From a virus (Duplodnaviria; Caudoviricetes), in the IMG/VR virus record IMGVR_UViG_3300022879_000177, positions 1-28,130 of that record: 28,130 nt of DNA. One strand, written 5' to 3'. A model generated the notes under the pieces. That model searched no databases, was not told the DNA's origin, and was given only the letters and a program-made list of their open reading frames with translations. Positions 17,167 through 26,262 of the stretch are shown here, piece by piece. Each line of letters opens with the position of its first letter. Positions within the stretch are counted from its first letter, which is position 1. Position numbers and translations under genes: made by a program.

Positions 17167-17280
17167 GGCTGCATCGGTGTGTGATCTGTGAGACGTGGCC
17201 GCTGAAACCCAAGCGCCTAGATGGATGCGCCGAAACGCGGAAACGGGGCGCTCAATACCAGATCACACACCAATGCAGCC
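17167..17280 (+). promoter_or_regulatory. long stem-loop leader (22-bp stem) upstream of the LuxR-type gene
   Basis: 17167-17188 and 17259-17280 are inverted repeats matching at 21/22. Confidence 0.6.
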
Positions 17281-17295
17281 CACCGAGGACACTTC

Positions 17296-17679
17296 ATGGA
17301 AACGATCACTCGCGGCTCATGGATTGGCCAGCTCGGCAAGGCGCTGGCTCCCCGTGAGCTCGAAGCACTGCTGTGGGTGGCTCAAGGCCTCACCACAAAG
17401 GAAATCGCCAAGCAGATGGCGGTCAGCCCGGGCACCGTGGCCAATCGGATCGAGGCTGCGCTGTTCAAGCTGGAAGCCGGCCGGCGCATCGAGGCGGTCA
17501 CCAAGGCCATGCGCCAACAGATCATCAGCCCACTCTGCATCATGCTCGCCGGCCTTATCGCCATGCATGCGGTGATCGACGACAGCGACCCGATGCGCCG
17601 CGACCGCCGCGCGCCGGAGCGCCGCACTGCTCAAGTTCGAATCGTTCGCAAGGCTGAGGCCTTCGAGCTTCACGCCTGA
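17296..17679 (+). CDS. LuxR-type HTH transcriptional regulator
   Basis: LAPRELEALLWVAQGLTTKEIAKQMAVSPGTV...KL; GAGG RBS. Confidence 0.9.
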   Translation: METITRGSWIGQLGKALAPRELEALLWVAQGLTTKEIAKQMAVSPGTVANRIEAALFKLEAGRRIEAVTKAMRQQIISPLCIMLAGLIAMHAVIDDSDPMRRDRRAPERRTAQVRIVRKAEAFELHA

Positions 17680-17697
17680 CCCACTGAGGACCACCCA

Positions 17698-18030
17698 ATG
17701 AACGCAGCCATTCGCAATAGCCGTGTGCAGTACCAGCAGGTGCAGCAGCTGGCCGAAGCCGCCTCCGCCCAGTTCCGAAGCAACTCGCGGTTCTTCGTCC
17801 AGCAGGGCGAGAACAACAGCTGGGCCATCGTCGGCTCCGATGACAATCGCCTGTACGGGCAGCGCCGCCGCTACTTCGACGCGGTCACCTACGCCCAGAG
17901 CCTGGAGCGCGCAGTCGAAGCCAAGAAGCTGCCAGTTGTCACCGTGAAACAGGCTGGCGATCGCGCCACACGTTGGGGTTCGCTGCTGGCCCTGCTGCTG
18001 ATCATCAGCGCAGCGGTGGCGCAGTCATGA
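17698..18030 (+). CDS. hypothetical phage protein with C-terminal TM
   Basis: GAGG RBS; ATGA overlap with ssb. Confidence 0.75.
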   Translation: MNAAIRNSRVQYQQVQQLAEAASAQFRSNSRFFVQQGENNSWAIVGSDDNRLYGQRRRYFDAVTYAQSLERAVEAKKLPVVTVKQAGDRATRWGSLLALLLIISAAVAQS

Positions 18031-18518
18031 GCCGCGGGGTAAACAAGGTGATCTTGGTCGGCACCTGCGGACAGGACCCGGATGTGCGCTACCTGCCGAA
18101 TGGCAATGCGGTCACCAACCTCAGCCTGGCCACCAGTGAGCAGTGGACGGACAAGCGCTCGGGCGAGAAGGTCGAACGCACCGAGTGGCACCGGGTGTCG
18201 CTGTTCGGCAAAGTCGCCGAGATCGCCGGCGAGTACCTGCGCAAAGGTGCCCAGTGCTACATCGAGGGCATGCTGCAGACCCGCGAATGGGAGAAGGACG
18301 GCATCAAGCGGTACACCACCGAGATCATCGTCGACATCAACGGCACGATGCAGCTGCTCGGAAGCCGGCCGCAGGGCCAGCAGCCAGGCCAGGTGCCAGA
18401 CCGGCAGCCTCAACAGCGCCGGACTTCGCCGCAACAGCCGGACCAGCAGGCTGCTTCGCCTGACAGCTTCGACGACGATATTCCGTTCGCGCCCCTCCAC
18501 CACCTCGCTGGTTCGTAG
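18027..18518 (+). CDS. ssb: single-stranded DNA-binding protein
   Basis: [20 protein letters not shown] and FDDDIPF motifs (short extension after DIPF). Confidence 0.95.
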   Translation: MSRGVNKVILVGTCGQDPDVRYLPNGNAVTNLSLATSEQWTDKRSGEKVERTEWHRVSLFGKVAEIAGEYLRKGAQCYIEGMLQTREWEKDGIKRYTTEIIVDINGTMQLLGSRPQGQQPGQVPDRQPQQRRTSPQQPDQQAASPDSFDDDIPFAPLHHLAGS

Positions 18519-18580
18519 CCATGAAACGCGGACAGCGGCATCACCGCATACATCTTCGGCAACACCTGTCGCGAAATCCA

Positions 18581-19369
18581 TTAATCCTTGTCTTGATTGT
18601 TATCTTGATCTTGGTGGTTATCGCTCACTTCCGATTTGAGTTTTTTAGTAATTTCAACTATCTGAGCAGGAGTCAGAGCTAGATCCGCCCAGCGCCTAGC
18701 AGAATCCGACTTCATTTCAGGGACTGTACTGAGATAATTCTTCCATTTCATTAAGTCAGAAGTGGGCATTATCGCAGGTTGCTGAGTCTCTAAAATAGAA
18801 ATACGTTTAGACATTTCACGAGTAGCGCTGAGTATTTCCATCATCACATCTTGTTGAGGGCGTGGCTTACTAATTTTCTCAGGCTCGTTCTCTGCTAACG
18901 CCAACGCAAATTCAGTCTCAAATTGAGGCCAGTATACGGCAAAAGCTTTTTCCAAGACACGCTCGCCTAGTGAGCGCTCCGCTAGGCAGGCGTTAAGAGT
19001 TCGTATTAACTCCCATACGCTCTCTTTATTTGGCTTAGTATGATTGAACTGAGCAAGGGGGTCAGTTAGATCGTGAGGTTCAAGATCAACAAGGAAGGTG
19101 CAAACGCGATTCCCGCTCAGCCCCTTAGCGAGGGCTCCTGACTCAAAGAGAATCCAGGGCTTATCCTTGTTGTCGTGAGTTAAACACACAATTCCTACCG
19201 AGATATCTCGGAGCTTCTCATTAATTTCAGTGAACCATAACGCCCCTCTGTCAATATGCTTAGTAGATATCCAAGGCTCTGATGCTTGTAATACGCATTT
19301 AATCCAGTCACTAAGAACCTCCGCTACAGCTCGACTCCGATCACCAGACCAACTGATAAAGACTTTCAC
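18581..19369 (-). CDS. TIR-domain protein with helical C-terminal region
   Basis: KVFISWSG, PWIS...IDRG..W, GIVCLT and PWILFESGAL (conserved Glu); GTG start after GGAG; AT-rich. Confidence 0.85.
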   Translation of the reverse strand: MKVFISWSGDRSRAVAEVLSDWIKCVLQASEPWISTKHIDRGALWFTEINEKLRDISVGIVCLTHDNKDKPWILFESGALAKGLSGNRVCTFLVDLEPHDLTDPLAQFNHTKPNKESVWELIRTLNACLAERSLGERVLEKAFAVYWPQFETEFALALAENEPEKISKPRPQQDVMMEILSATREMSKRISILETQQPAIMPTSDLMKWKNYLSTVPEMKSDSARRWADLALTPAQIVEITKKLKSEVSDNHQDQDNNQDKD

Positions 19370-19479
19370 GAGCACACTCCGATGCAATTGATATCAAACT
19401 ACCTTAATACCGCATCCCAAACCAAATTGCCACCATGCCGCATCCGGCCACGGAGGGCGGCGCATGCATGGAGAAAGCC

Positions 19480-19863
19480 ATGAGCAACTTTAACTGCGAC
19501 TACGTTCGCCGCCACTACGACGTGCCGGCCGAGATCGGACGCCGCGTGATAGCCAACGGCGAGCCTGGCGTGATAATGGCCGATCGCGGGCACTACATCG
19601 GCGTCATCCTCGACAGCGACCCGAAGAAGCGCATCCGCAACTACCACCCGACCTGGGAAATGCATAACGGCGAGATGGCCGAGAAGCTGCCGCTGAAGCG
19701 CTACCAGGTGCTGGTGGCCGGATGGGACTGGTGGGACATCACCAATCGCACCGTCGTCGATGTGTTCGCCAGCACCCCGTCGCAGGCCAAGTACAAGGCC
19801 TACGAGCGGTGCGAGTACCACGACATCGAGTGCATGTTCGGCTTCAAGGTCCGCCGGGCCTGA
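19480..19863 (+). CDS. hypothetical phage protein
   Basis: GGAG RBS; high-GC3 codon usage; decayed paralog at 1609-1910. Confidence 0.8.
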   Translation: MSNFNCDYVRRHYDVPAEIGRRVIANGEPGVIMADRGHYIGVILDSDPKKRIRNYHPTWEMHNGEMAEKLPLKRYQVLVAGWDWWDITNRTVVDVFASTPSQAKYKAYERCEYHDIECMFGFKVRRA

Positions 19864-19908
19864 CTCTCCAGCGCTGCCCGCCAGCGTCTTCCACTAGTGG
19901 ACTCGCCT

Positions 19909-20337
19909 TTATCTCACCGATGTATTTTTCAGGAACCTGTTTAGCTCGTTGGCCAGCTTGTTTCTCTGGCTTGATCCGTAGTTGCTTATAAGGCCAGCGC
20001 TAAGCACGTTGCCTATGTTCTTGTCATCCAGCGTTTTTCTCAACGCCTCATAAGCATCAACGACGCCCTGATCAAAGTAGAGCCTGATTGCAGGATCAAC
20101 AAGATCAAGCTCTTTAACGCTCTTCTCCGCCATTGCCTTGTTAGCTCCTGCGAGCACGGCCTCCGCTTTAGCTTCCAAAACAGCGAGTCGGGCCGCCCGC
20201 GATTCGCGAGCTGACTTTGTATCGAGAGCCTTTTGAGTGAACTTATTAGTGAAGTAGCCGCCGGTGACTGTCGCAGCGACAGGCCCCAGCCAGGCGCCAA
20301 ACTTCCCGATTAGCGGTACAAGCTGAGTCCAGTCCAT
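19909..20337 (-). CDS. hypothetical moron protein with N-terminal hydrophobic segment
   Basis: Antisense ORF within the early operon, flanked by short direct repeats. Confidence 0.65.
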   Translation of the reverse strand: MDWTQLVPLIGKFGAWLGPVAATVTGGYFTNKFTQKALDTKSARESRAARLAVLEAKAEAVLAGANKAMAEKSVKELDLVDPAIRLYFDQGVVDAYEALRKTLDDKNIGNVLSAGLISNYGSSQRNKLANELNRFLKNTSVR

Positions 20338-20550
20338 CAAACACCCGTTAGGAAAGCAAAACGCGTAGCTTGAAGATGTGACCGGTCAATTTCAACAGTT
20401 CCACTTGTCAATTTTTATCACTCCGCCAGCCCGACTGATGAAGCCCTGGCGCCCGCCAGCGCCTTCCCCTATTCAACGATAACGCCTCCCCGGCGAGGGC
20501 GGCGCCTGCACGCAAGGTCTATCGGATAGCAAATACCTTAGATTGTTAGC

Positions 20551-21213
20551 TCACGCACTGAGAAACGGGTGCTTTTCAGCATAATATGTTGGATAAGGGT
20601 CTTCCTCATCTTCGTAACTTACAATGGAGAAAGATTGTCTACCCAGACGACCGACGCGGCTTGTGTATTCAACTGACAAGACAAAGTTTTCCCATGGATT
20701 CATACCACTCCTCCGGAGAGATACGCAATCACCCGAAAACATTGTACCTATGCCTTTGTTTGGATACTCTCTACCTCCAAGCTCAGCAACAACTTTAATG
20801 TCTTCGCAATACTCTCCAAGATTATGCAAGTCAAAGGAAAAAAAGAAGTCACCTTCACTATCCCAGCCGGTACGGGATGCCACAACTTTGAAAAGCGGCT
20901 CAAGAGAGTTTTCATGATTGCGGAGAGAAATCTCATTTGCCGAAGCCATCTTCGCCTGCTGAGTTACAGAATTGTTTAATTCCGTCGCTTGAAGCTTAAG
21001 AGCCTCTGTACCCTGCCTTAACTCGTCGCCTTGCTGAAAATACCCAAAAACCAGCCAAGCCAGAGCCAATGGCCCGAAGGCTCCCGCGAGATAATCTCCT
21101 AGCTCATTAAGTTCCAATACCTTCAGATCGTCGACTCTAAACAAGCACATCAGTGTAAAACCAGAGATATAGAGCGTCGAAAATATTAGGGCCAACTTTG
21201 TCCTTAAGCTCAT
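20551..21213 (-). CDS. hypothetical two-TM plus coiled-coil moron protein
   Basis: LNELGDYLAGAFGPLALAWLVFGYFQQGDELR block; AT-rich; antisense. Confidence 0.75.
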   Translation of the reverse strand: MSLRTKLALIFSTLYISGFTLMCLFRVDDLKVLELNELGDYLAGAFGPLALAWLVFGYFQQGDELRQGTEALKLQATELNNSVTQQAKMASANEISLRNHENSLEPLFKVVASRTGWDSEGDFFFSFDLHNLGEYCEDIKVVAELGGREYPNKGIGTMFSGDCVSLRRSGMNPWENFVLSVEYTSRVGRLGRQSFSIVSYEDEEDPYPTYYAEKHPFLSA

Positions 21214-21267
21214 TTCTATTGAATCCCTCTTTTTTCCAGGCAAACATAGTACTGGCCAGGAGCTGCC

Positions 21268-22032
21268 ATGTTCAATCGAATCGTCTGCCAGTTCAGTTGC
21301 GGCGCTGCTTCGGCCGTAGCCACCAAGCTAACCTTGGCCGAGTACGGCAGTACGCACGACGTGCAGATCATCAACGCCTTCCTCGCCAATGAGCACGAAG
21401 ACAATCGTCGGTTCGCCCAGGACTGCGAAGCCTGGTTCGGGCAGCCAATCACCGTCCTGCGCGACGAGAAGTACGGGGCCAACGTGCTTGAGGTCTTTCG
21501 CCGTGAGCGGTACATGAAGGGCCGCACCGGAGCCCCGTGCACCAAGATCTTGAAGCGGCGCCTGCTCGACAACTGGAAGCAACCCGGCGACGTGATGGTC
21601 TTCGGCTACACGGCCGAAGAGGCCGATCGGCTCGACGACTTCCGCGAACGCAATCCGGACCGCCCTGTCATCGCCCCGCTGATCGAGCGCGGGCTGGGCA
21701 AAGAAGACTGCAAGGCGTTGATCCAGCGCGCCGGCATTGAGCTGCCGCTGATGTACCGCATGGGTTACCACAACGCCAACTGCAAAGCTTGTGTGAAGGG
21801 AGGTGAGGGTTATTTCCGGGCCATCCGTGAAGACTTTCCTGAGGATTTCGAAGCGCTGTGCTTGATCCAGGACGAGCTGGGTCCAGGCTCCTACCTCTTC
21901 CGCAACCGCGACACCAACGTGCGCTTCTCCCTACGCGAACTCGGCGATGGCCCAGTGCGCCGCAACGAAAAAATCCCCTCCTGCTCGTTCTTCTGCGAAA
22001 TGGCAGAGGCCGACATCATCGCCAAAGCCTGA
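21268..22032 (+). CDS. PAPS-reductase-like (PP-loop) phage protein
   Basis: FSCGAASAVA loop, PCT..LK, GY...E..R, PLI, MYRMGYHNANC..CVK and SC..FC motifs. Confidence 0.75.
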   Translation: MFNRIVCQFSCGAASAVATKLTLAEYGSTHDVQIINAFLANEHEDNRRFAQDCEAWFGQPITVLRDEKYGANVLEVFRRERYMKGRTGAPCTKILKRRLLDNWKQPGDVMVFGYTAEEADRLDDFRERNPDRPVIAPLIERGLGKEDCKALIQRAGIELPLMYRMGYHNANCKACVKGGEGYFRAIREDFPEDFEALCLIQDELGPGSYLFRNRDTNVRFSLRELGDGPVRRNEKIPSCSFFCEMAEADIIAKA

Positions 22033-22044
22033 CACGGAAACACC

Positions 22045-22077
22045 ATGACCACAGCAATCGACCTGTTCGCCGGCCTA
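22045..22077 (+). pseudogene. DNA cytosine-5 methyltransferase, N-terminal stub
   Basis: MTTAIDLFAGL is C5-MTase motif I; similarity stops abruptly. Confidence 0.65.
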
Positions 22078-22118
22078 AGCAGATGCATTCGATACGAGCC
22101 GTATGGAATCACATCCCG

Positions 22119-22967
22119 TCAGTCATCAAACTCGAGGTAGAGTAGATCCTTAGCTATCGCGTCATTAATATTTTCCGCGCTCATCCGCCCCCCCTTGGTA
22201 TCACTTTTCTGAAGGACCTTTTTACCTATTACAAGGAATTGTTTTCTGAAAGAGAGATATTCCCTAACACCTTCATGACCTAGGTCAAATAAGCGATTAC
22301 GCTCTTTTAGCCCAAAGTCTTCAGAAGTCCGTAATGGATCTTCATAACCTTCTGGAAAGCTCATGAAAGTATAGACTACATTGATTATCCTCGTAGGGAT
22401 CCAGCTTCTACCGCCGTCTGGGTGAGTCGGGCTAGTAACAACATCACCAATGGTCTGACCTTGAGCTCCGCCGCAAAAAAAAGCACCACAAATCTCTTTA
22501 CCATCAAGCCGCAACAAATCGCGGAATTTGTGCCGCTGGAAGTCACGCTCAGCTTCAAAAATCAAATTATGCGTTTCAGTTGTTATTTTGCTGCTCAACG
22601 CCTCTGCTCTAGAGATCAAGCGAGCAGAGGTCACCCACGCGACTCTATCGTTAGTCAACTTACCATCCGACACAAGGACACTAGCCGCTCTATCAATTAA
22701 TGACAAAGCACTTCCCAAATTCGTAGCTGATTGTGCATATTCTTTTTCATGCCTGTAAGACCCAATACCAACAATCATGGTGCCAGCAATAAACAGCATA
22801 ATAACCACTTGTATGCAGTCTGCCAGCTGCATGGTTTGAACCTTTGGGGCAGCGGCCCATATAAACAACATGCACGCCAAGGAAAACACTATGCCAATAA
22901 TTATTGGCATCAACTCACGAGTGCACTGCAATAAAGCCCGGAACCACTCTCGAATCCAACTACGCAT
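22119..22967 (-). CDS. hypothetical two-TM moron protein
   Basis: Long AT-rich antisense ORF; two N-terminal hydrophobic segments; start uncertain (22967 or 22997). Confidence 0.75.
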   Translation of the reverse strand: MRSWIREWFRALLQCTRELMPIIIGIVFSLACMLFIWAAAPKVQTMQLADCIQVVIMLFIAGTMIVGIGSYRHEKEYAQSATNLGSALSLIDRAASVLVSDGKLTNDRVAWVTSARLISRAEALSSKITTETHNLIFEAERDFQRHKFRDLLRLDGKEICGAFFCGGAQGQTIGDVVTSPTHPDGGRSWIPTRIINVVYTFMSFPEGYEDPLRTSEDFGLKERNRLFDLGHEGVREYLSFRKQFLVIGKKVLQKSDTKGGRMSAENINDAIAKDLLYLEFDD

Positions 22968-23118
22968 TAAAACGCCCCATAGCAAATTATTTTGCACAAA
23001 TTAATCGACTTCAAAGCCAATTTTTCGCGACTACTAACAGCCTTTATGGATCCGAAAGACTGGATGAGCGAGATTACCATTCATATCAACTGCACAGCCA
23101 ATCCGGCGAGGTACAGCC

Positions 23119-23787
23119 ATGCCCACAGAAAGCCGATCCAGCAACACCGAGATGGTCAGCGTGCCGCCATACATTGGCATGGAGCCGCTGGTTGGACGCT
23201 ATTACCCAGCAGAATGCCGCCGTTGCGGTTGGGTTGGCAGCTCCGAAGAGTTGACCGAGGACGATGCGCAATGCACGCGCCACGTTGGTGATCACCTGTG
23301 CCTGGGCGACTGCGACGAACTTGAGCGGCATGATCTGCTGACTATCATCCAGGCCATGGCCCAGCCGACCCAGCACCAGGGTGAGCTCGCCCAGTGCGAG
23401 GCCATGGCCGCAATGGTTGAAGAACGCGAATGGGCTGAGCATGTCGGTACCGGCCCAGTGTCGAGCCGGGTTGAGGCAGCCTTCACTCAGCTGCACAACG
23501 AGCTGTCAGAAGCACGGCAACTCAGCGACACCCTGCGCGCCCAGCTGGCTGAAATGGTCAGCGCTTTTCGCTCGATCAATTTCGGTCCCGCTCATGCAGT
23601 ACGGGCGCAGGATGATGATGACCCTTGCTACCCCCAGCGCAAGCAGTGGATTGAATGGCTGCTTGGGCTGTGCGATGCCGCCAGCATAGAGTCGAGCGCG
23701 CCAACTGCGCAGCAGCGCCAGGCACTTAAAGACGAAGATCGCCTCGGCATCGAACGCTTGCCAGCAGAGCCGGAGGCGAAGCCGTGA
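23119..23787 (+). CDS. hypothetical phage protein with CxxC motif
   Basis: GAGG RBS; CRRCGW motif; GTGA overlap with the next gene. Confidence 0.75.
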   Translation: MPTESRSSNTEMVSVPPYIGMEPLVGRYYPAECRRCGWVGSSEELTEDDAQCTRHVGDHLCLGDCDELERHDLLTIIQAMAQPTQHQGELAQCEAMAAMVEEREWAEHVGTGPVSSRVEAAFTQLHNELSEARQLSDTLRAQLAEMVSAFRSINFGPAHAVRAQDDDDPCYPQRKQWIEWLLGLCDAASIESSAPTAQQRQALKDEDRLGIERLPAEPEAKP

Positions 23788-24038
23788 AGACGCACTTCGC
23801 ACCTTTCACCGACCTGGAAGATGTCGAGCAAGCGCCATGCGGCACCTGGCTAGGGGAATCCTCCGAGCTGTCAGGCGACTGGGCCAAAGTCGATTGCCGA
23901 CTCTGCAAGAAGCGCCGAGAAAGGATCATCGCAGCCGCAGCTGATGAAGAGCGCTTCATAGTCGAGCAGATGGGCGACATGGCGGCCTTCATGCGCTCGG
24001 AAGGCTCGAAAGAGAACATCTGTACTCTCAACCTGTAA
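23784..24038 (+). CDS. hypothetical phage protein (Cys motifs)
   Basis: Coupled ORF; APCG...VDCRLC. Confidence 0.7.
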   Translation: MKTHFAPFTDLEDVEQAPCGTWLGESSELSGDWAKVDCRLCKKRRERIIAAAADEERFIVEQMGDMAAFMRSEGSKENICTLNL

Positions 24039-24050
24039 CCCCTCTCCCCT

Positions 24051-24350
24051 CTATTTAGAGGCAGCAAAGCGGTCGGCGGCCGGACCACCATCGGTTGCTA
24101 TGCGACGAGCACGCCCAACACCCCAGGCCAGCGCTCTGGTCATTGACTCGCCAGGACGAGAATCAAATGCTTCCTCGTGGAGCGACATACCGCTCGACGC
24201 GTACACGCCTATGAACATCTGCGTCGTACCTGTTCGCGACAGTCGCACCTGGACATCGATGAAGGTTCCATCACTGAGCGTCTCGTCATGAGTTCGATGG
24301 TGAAGCGTTGCGTCAGCCCAGGCCCAGAAAACTTCACCGCGTATCCTCAT
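24051..24350 (-). CDS. hypothetical protein, paralog of 3780-4082
   Basis: AGGAG RBS; clear similarity to 3780-4082. Confidence 0.8.
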   Translation of the reverse strand: MRIRGEVFWAWADATLHHRTHDETLSDGTFIDVQVRLSRTGTTQMFIGVYASSGMSLHEEAFDSRPGESMTRALAWGVGRARRIATDGGPAADRFAASK

Positions 24351-24515
24351 GGCGCACTCCTAATACTTTGGTCTTATTCGGATGGTGTATTGCCACCATA
24401 GCCAAAGCCCTGCGCTACGCAACTCAGCACCGCCGGTTTGTGATTTGAATCAGACAACCGGCTGTAACCCTCCCCCCTCTATTCACTGCCGCGATATGGC
24501 GGCCAAGGATCTGCC

Positions 24516-24704
24516 GTGGGCAAAACAATCATCCTGACGGGTCGAGCGATCGTTAACTTCAAAAGGGTCATGTACGACGTGCCGGACGATGAGGTCCAAG
24601 AACTGCTCGAAAGTAATGATCTGCGGGAATCGCAGATTGATGACGATGATCTCCGCGACATCGAGTGCATCCACGACGACGTCGCCATCGAGGTGACGCC
24701 ATGA
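24516..24704 (+). CDS. small acidic phage protein
   Basis: AAGGA RBS, GTG start, ATGA overlap. Confidence 0.65.
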   Translation: MGKTIILTGRAIVNFKRVMYDVPDDEVQELLESNDLRESQIDDDDLRDIECIHDDVAIEVTP

Positions 24705-24952
24705 CCCGCCTCGCCCTCTGCCTCCTGCTGCTGTCCACCGGCGCCAGCGCAACCGAGAACGTCATCGAAGTGCAGCACGACAGCCAGCGCGGCGTCACCT
24801 GCTACCTGCTCAACGGGGTCGGCATCAGCAGCATCCCCGTCAGCCAGCTGCAGGCCGGCAACCAGCGCCAGCTCTCCCCGCACGAAACACAACCCAAACC
24901 TACACCCGCACTGGCGCCTGGGCGCTGGATTGATGAGAGGTATCAGCTGTGA
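24701..24952 (+). CDS. small phage protein with signal peptide
   Basis: MTRLALCLLLLSTGASA signal; HDSQRGVTCY. Confidence 0.7.
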   Translation: MTRLALCLLLLSTGASATENVIEVQHDSQRGVTCYLLNGVGISSIPVSQLQAGNQRQLSPHETQPKPTPALAPGRWIDERYQL

Positions 24953-25284
24953 CTGAGCTTGAAGAACTGCTGCTCGCCGCTAAGGCCGCTGGAATTGAAG
25001 TGGAACCGTGCACCTGCAGCGATCCGAAATGGCCGCTGCGCATCAAGGGCCAGTCGGGCACCCGGGCACATTGGAACCCTCACATCAACGACGGCGACGC
25101 ATTCAAGCTGGCCATTGACCTGGGCATGCAAGTCAACGTCGAAGGCTCTGGTGAGGATGAAGCCGTATGGGCTGACGACACCATGATCTGGGTGAACAGC
25201 GAATACGCCCAGGGCGATCGCCGGAAGGCTGCACGCACTGCCATCGTCAGCGTTGCCGCCCAGCGCGGGGAGCAGATGCCATGA
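24949..25284 (+). CDS. hypothetical phage protein
   Basis: WNP...DGDAFKLA and R.AIV..AA motifs; overlapping start/stop codons. Confidence 0.75.
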   Translation: MTELEELLLAAKAAGIEVEPCTCSDPKWPLRIKGQSGTRAHWNPHINDGDAFKLAIDLGMQVNVEGSGEDEAVWADDTMIWVNSEYAQGDRRKAARTAIVSVAAQRGEQMP

Positions 25285-25682
25285 CCGACCTGATCGAAGT
25301 GAAGACGGCCAGGCTGATCGGCGCGCCGCTGGACTGGGCGGTGGCCATGGCCGAGGGCTTCAGCTCAGACCCAGACCGTCTCACGACAATCTGGCGCGCC
25401 GAGGACGACCCGACCAGCGTCAGCATCCGTGGTGCCGCCGAAGGCTTCGGCTATCGCCCATCCGCCAACTGGGAGCACGGCGGCCCGCTGATCGACAAGC
25501 ACCGCGGCAGCACTCAGCACGCTCCGGGCCTGGCCGAGGAGGCCTGCTACAGCGGCGGCCCAGCCGGTGCCGGGATCTGGCTCTACGGCCCCACCGCCCT
25601 GGTCGCCTTCTGCCGCGGCTTCGTGCACCACATGCTCGGCAATACCGTCCAGGTGCCGAAGGAGCTGATGCCATGTTCTTGA
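25281..25682 (+). CDS. NinX/DUF2591-like phage protein
   Basis: L.GAPLDWAVA.AEG, Y.PS.NW..GGPLI and GPT.LVA.CR motifs. Confidence 0.8.
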   Translation: MTDLIEVKTARLIGAPLDWAVAMAEGFSSDPDRLTTIWRAEDDPTSVSIRGAAEGFGYRPSANWEHGGPLIDKHRGSTQHAPGLAEEACYSGGPAGAGIWLYGPTALVAFCRGFVHHMLGNTVQVPKELMPCS

Positions 25683-25738
25683 TCCCACTAGCCGCACCAC
25701 TGCTCATGGCCTACCTGATATACAGGGGGCCGCGATGA
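25673..25738 (+). CDS. possible 21-aa hydrophobic peptide
   Basis: AAGGAG upstream; MFLIPLAAPLLMAYLIYRGPR; ATGA overlap with the methyltransferase. Confidence 0.4.
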   Translation: MFLIPLAAPLLMAYLIYRGPR

Positions 25739-26217
25739 GTGCTGCAGTCAAGGTGCTCGACCCCTGCAGCGCAAGCCGAATGATGTGGTTCGACAAGCAA
25801 GACCAGCGCGCCCTGTTCGGCGACATCCGCGACGAAGAGTATCTGCTCTGCGATGGGCGGGTGCTGAAGGTTGAACCCGATGTGCTGATGGACTTCCGGC
25901 AACTGCCCTTCGAGGAGTCAACCTTCCGCCTGGTCGTATTCGACCCGCCACACCTCACTCGGGCCGGGGTGGACAGCTGGATGCGCGCGAAGTACGGCCT
26001 GCTCACGAGCGACTGGCGCGAAGACATCCGTCAGGGCTTTGCCGAGTGCTTCCGCGTGCTGGAGCCCGAGGGCATTCTGGTCTTCAAGTGGAACGAAACC
26101 CAGGTGCTGGTCAGCGAGCTTTTGGCTCTCACCGATGAAAAGCCCCTGTTTGGCCACAAGTCCGGCAAGCGCGAAAAGACTCACTGGATCACCTTCATGA
26201 AGCGCCCAGCAGCCTAA
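25735..26217 (+). CDS. SAM-dependent (probably amino/N6-type) methyltransferase
   Basis: VLDPCSASRM, VVFDPPH and ECFRVL.P.G motifs. Confidence 0.85.
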   Translation: MSAAVKVLDPCSASRMMWFDKQDQRALFGDIRDEEYLLCDGRVLKVEPDVLMDFRQLPFEESTFRLVVFDPPHLTRAGVDSWMRAKYGLLTSDWREDIRQGFAECFRVLEPEGILVFKWNETQVLVSELLALTDEKPLFGHKSGKREKTHWITFMKRPAA

Positions 26218-26262
26218 CCCCTCCCCCTACAACTCAAGCCCGCCGACATGCGCGGGCAAGGA

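Noticed and set aside
17189-17258. tRNA inside the long stem-loop
   Set aside because: No recognisable T-loop (GTTCRA), D-loop or cloverleaf.
5136-19369. Pycsar or Thoeris system formed by the cyclase-like and TIR genes
   Set aside because: The genes are more than 12 kb apart, the TIR protein shows no cNMP-binding domain, and there is no ThsA-like gene.
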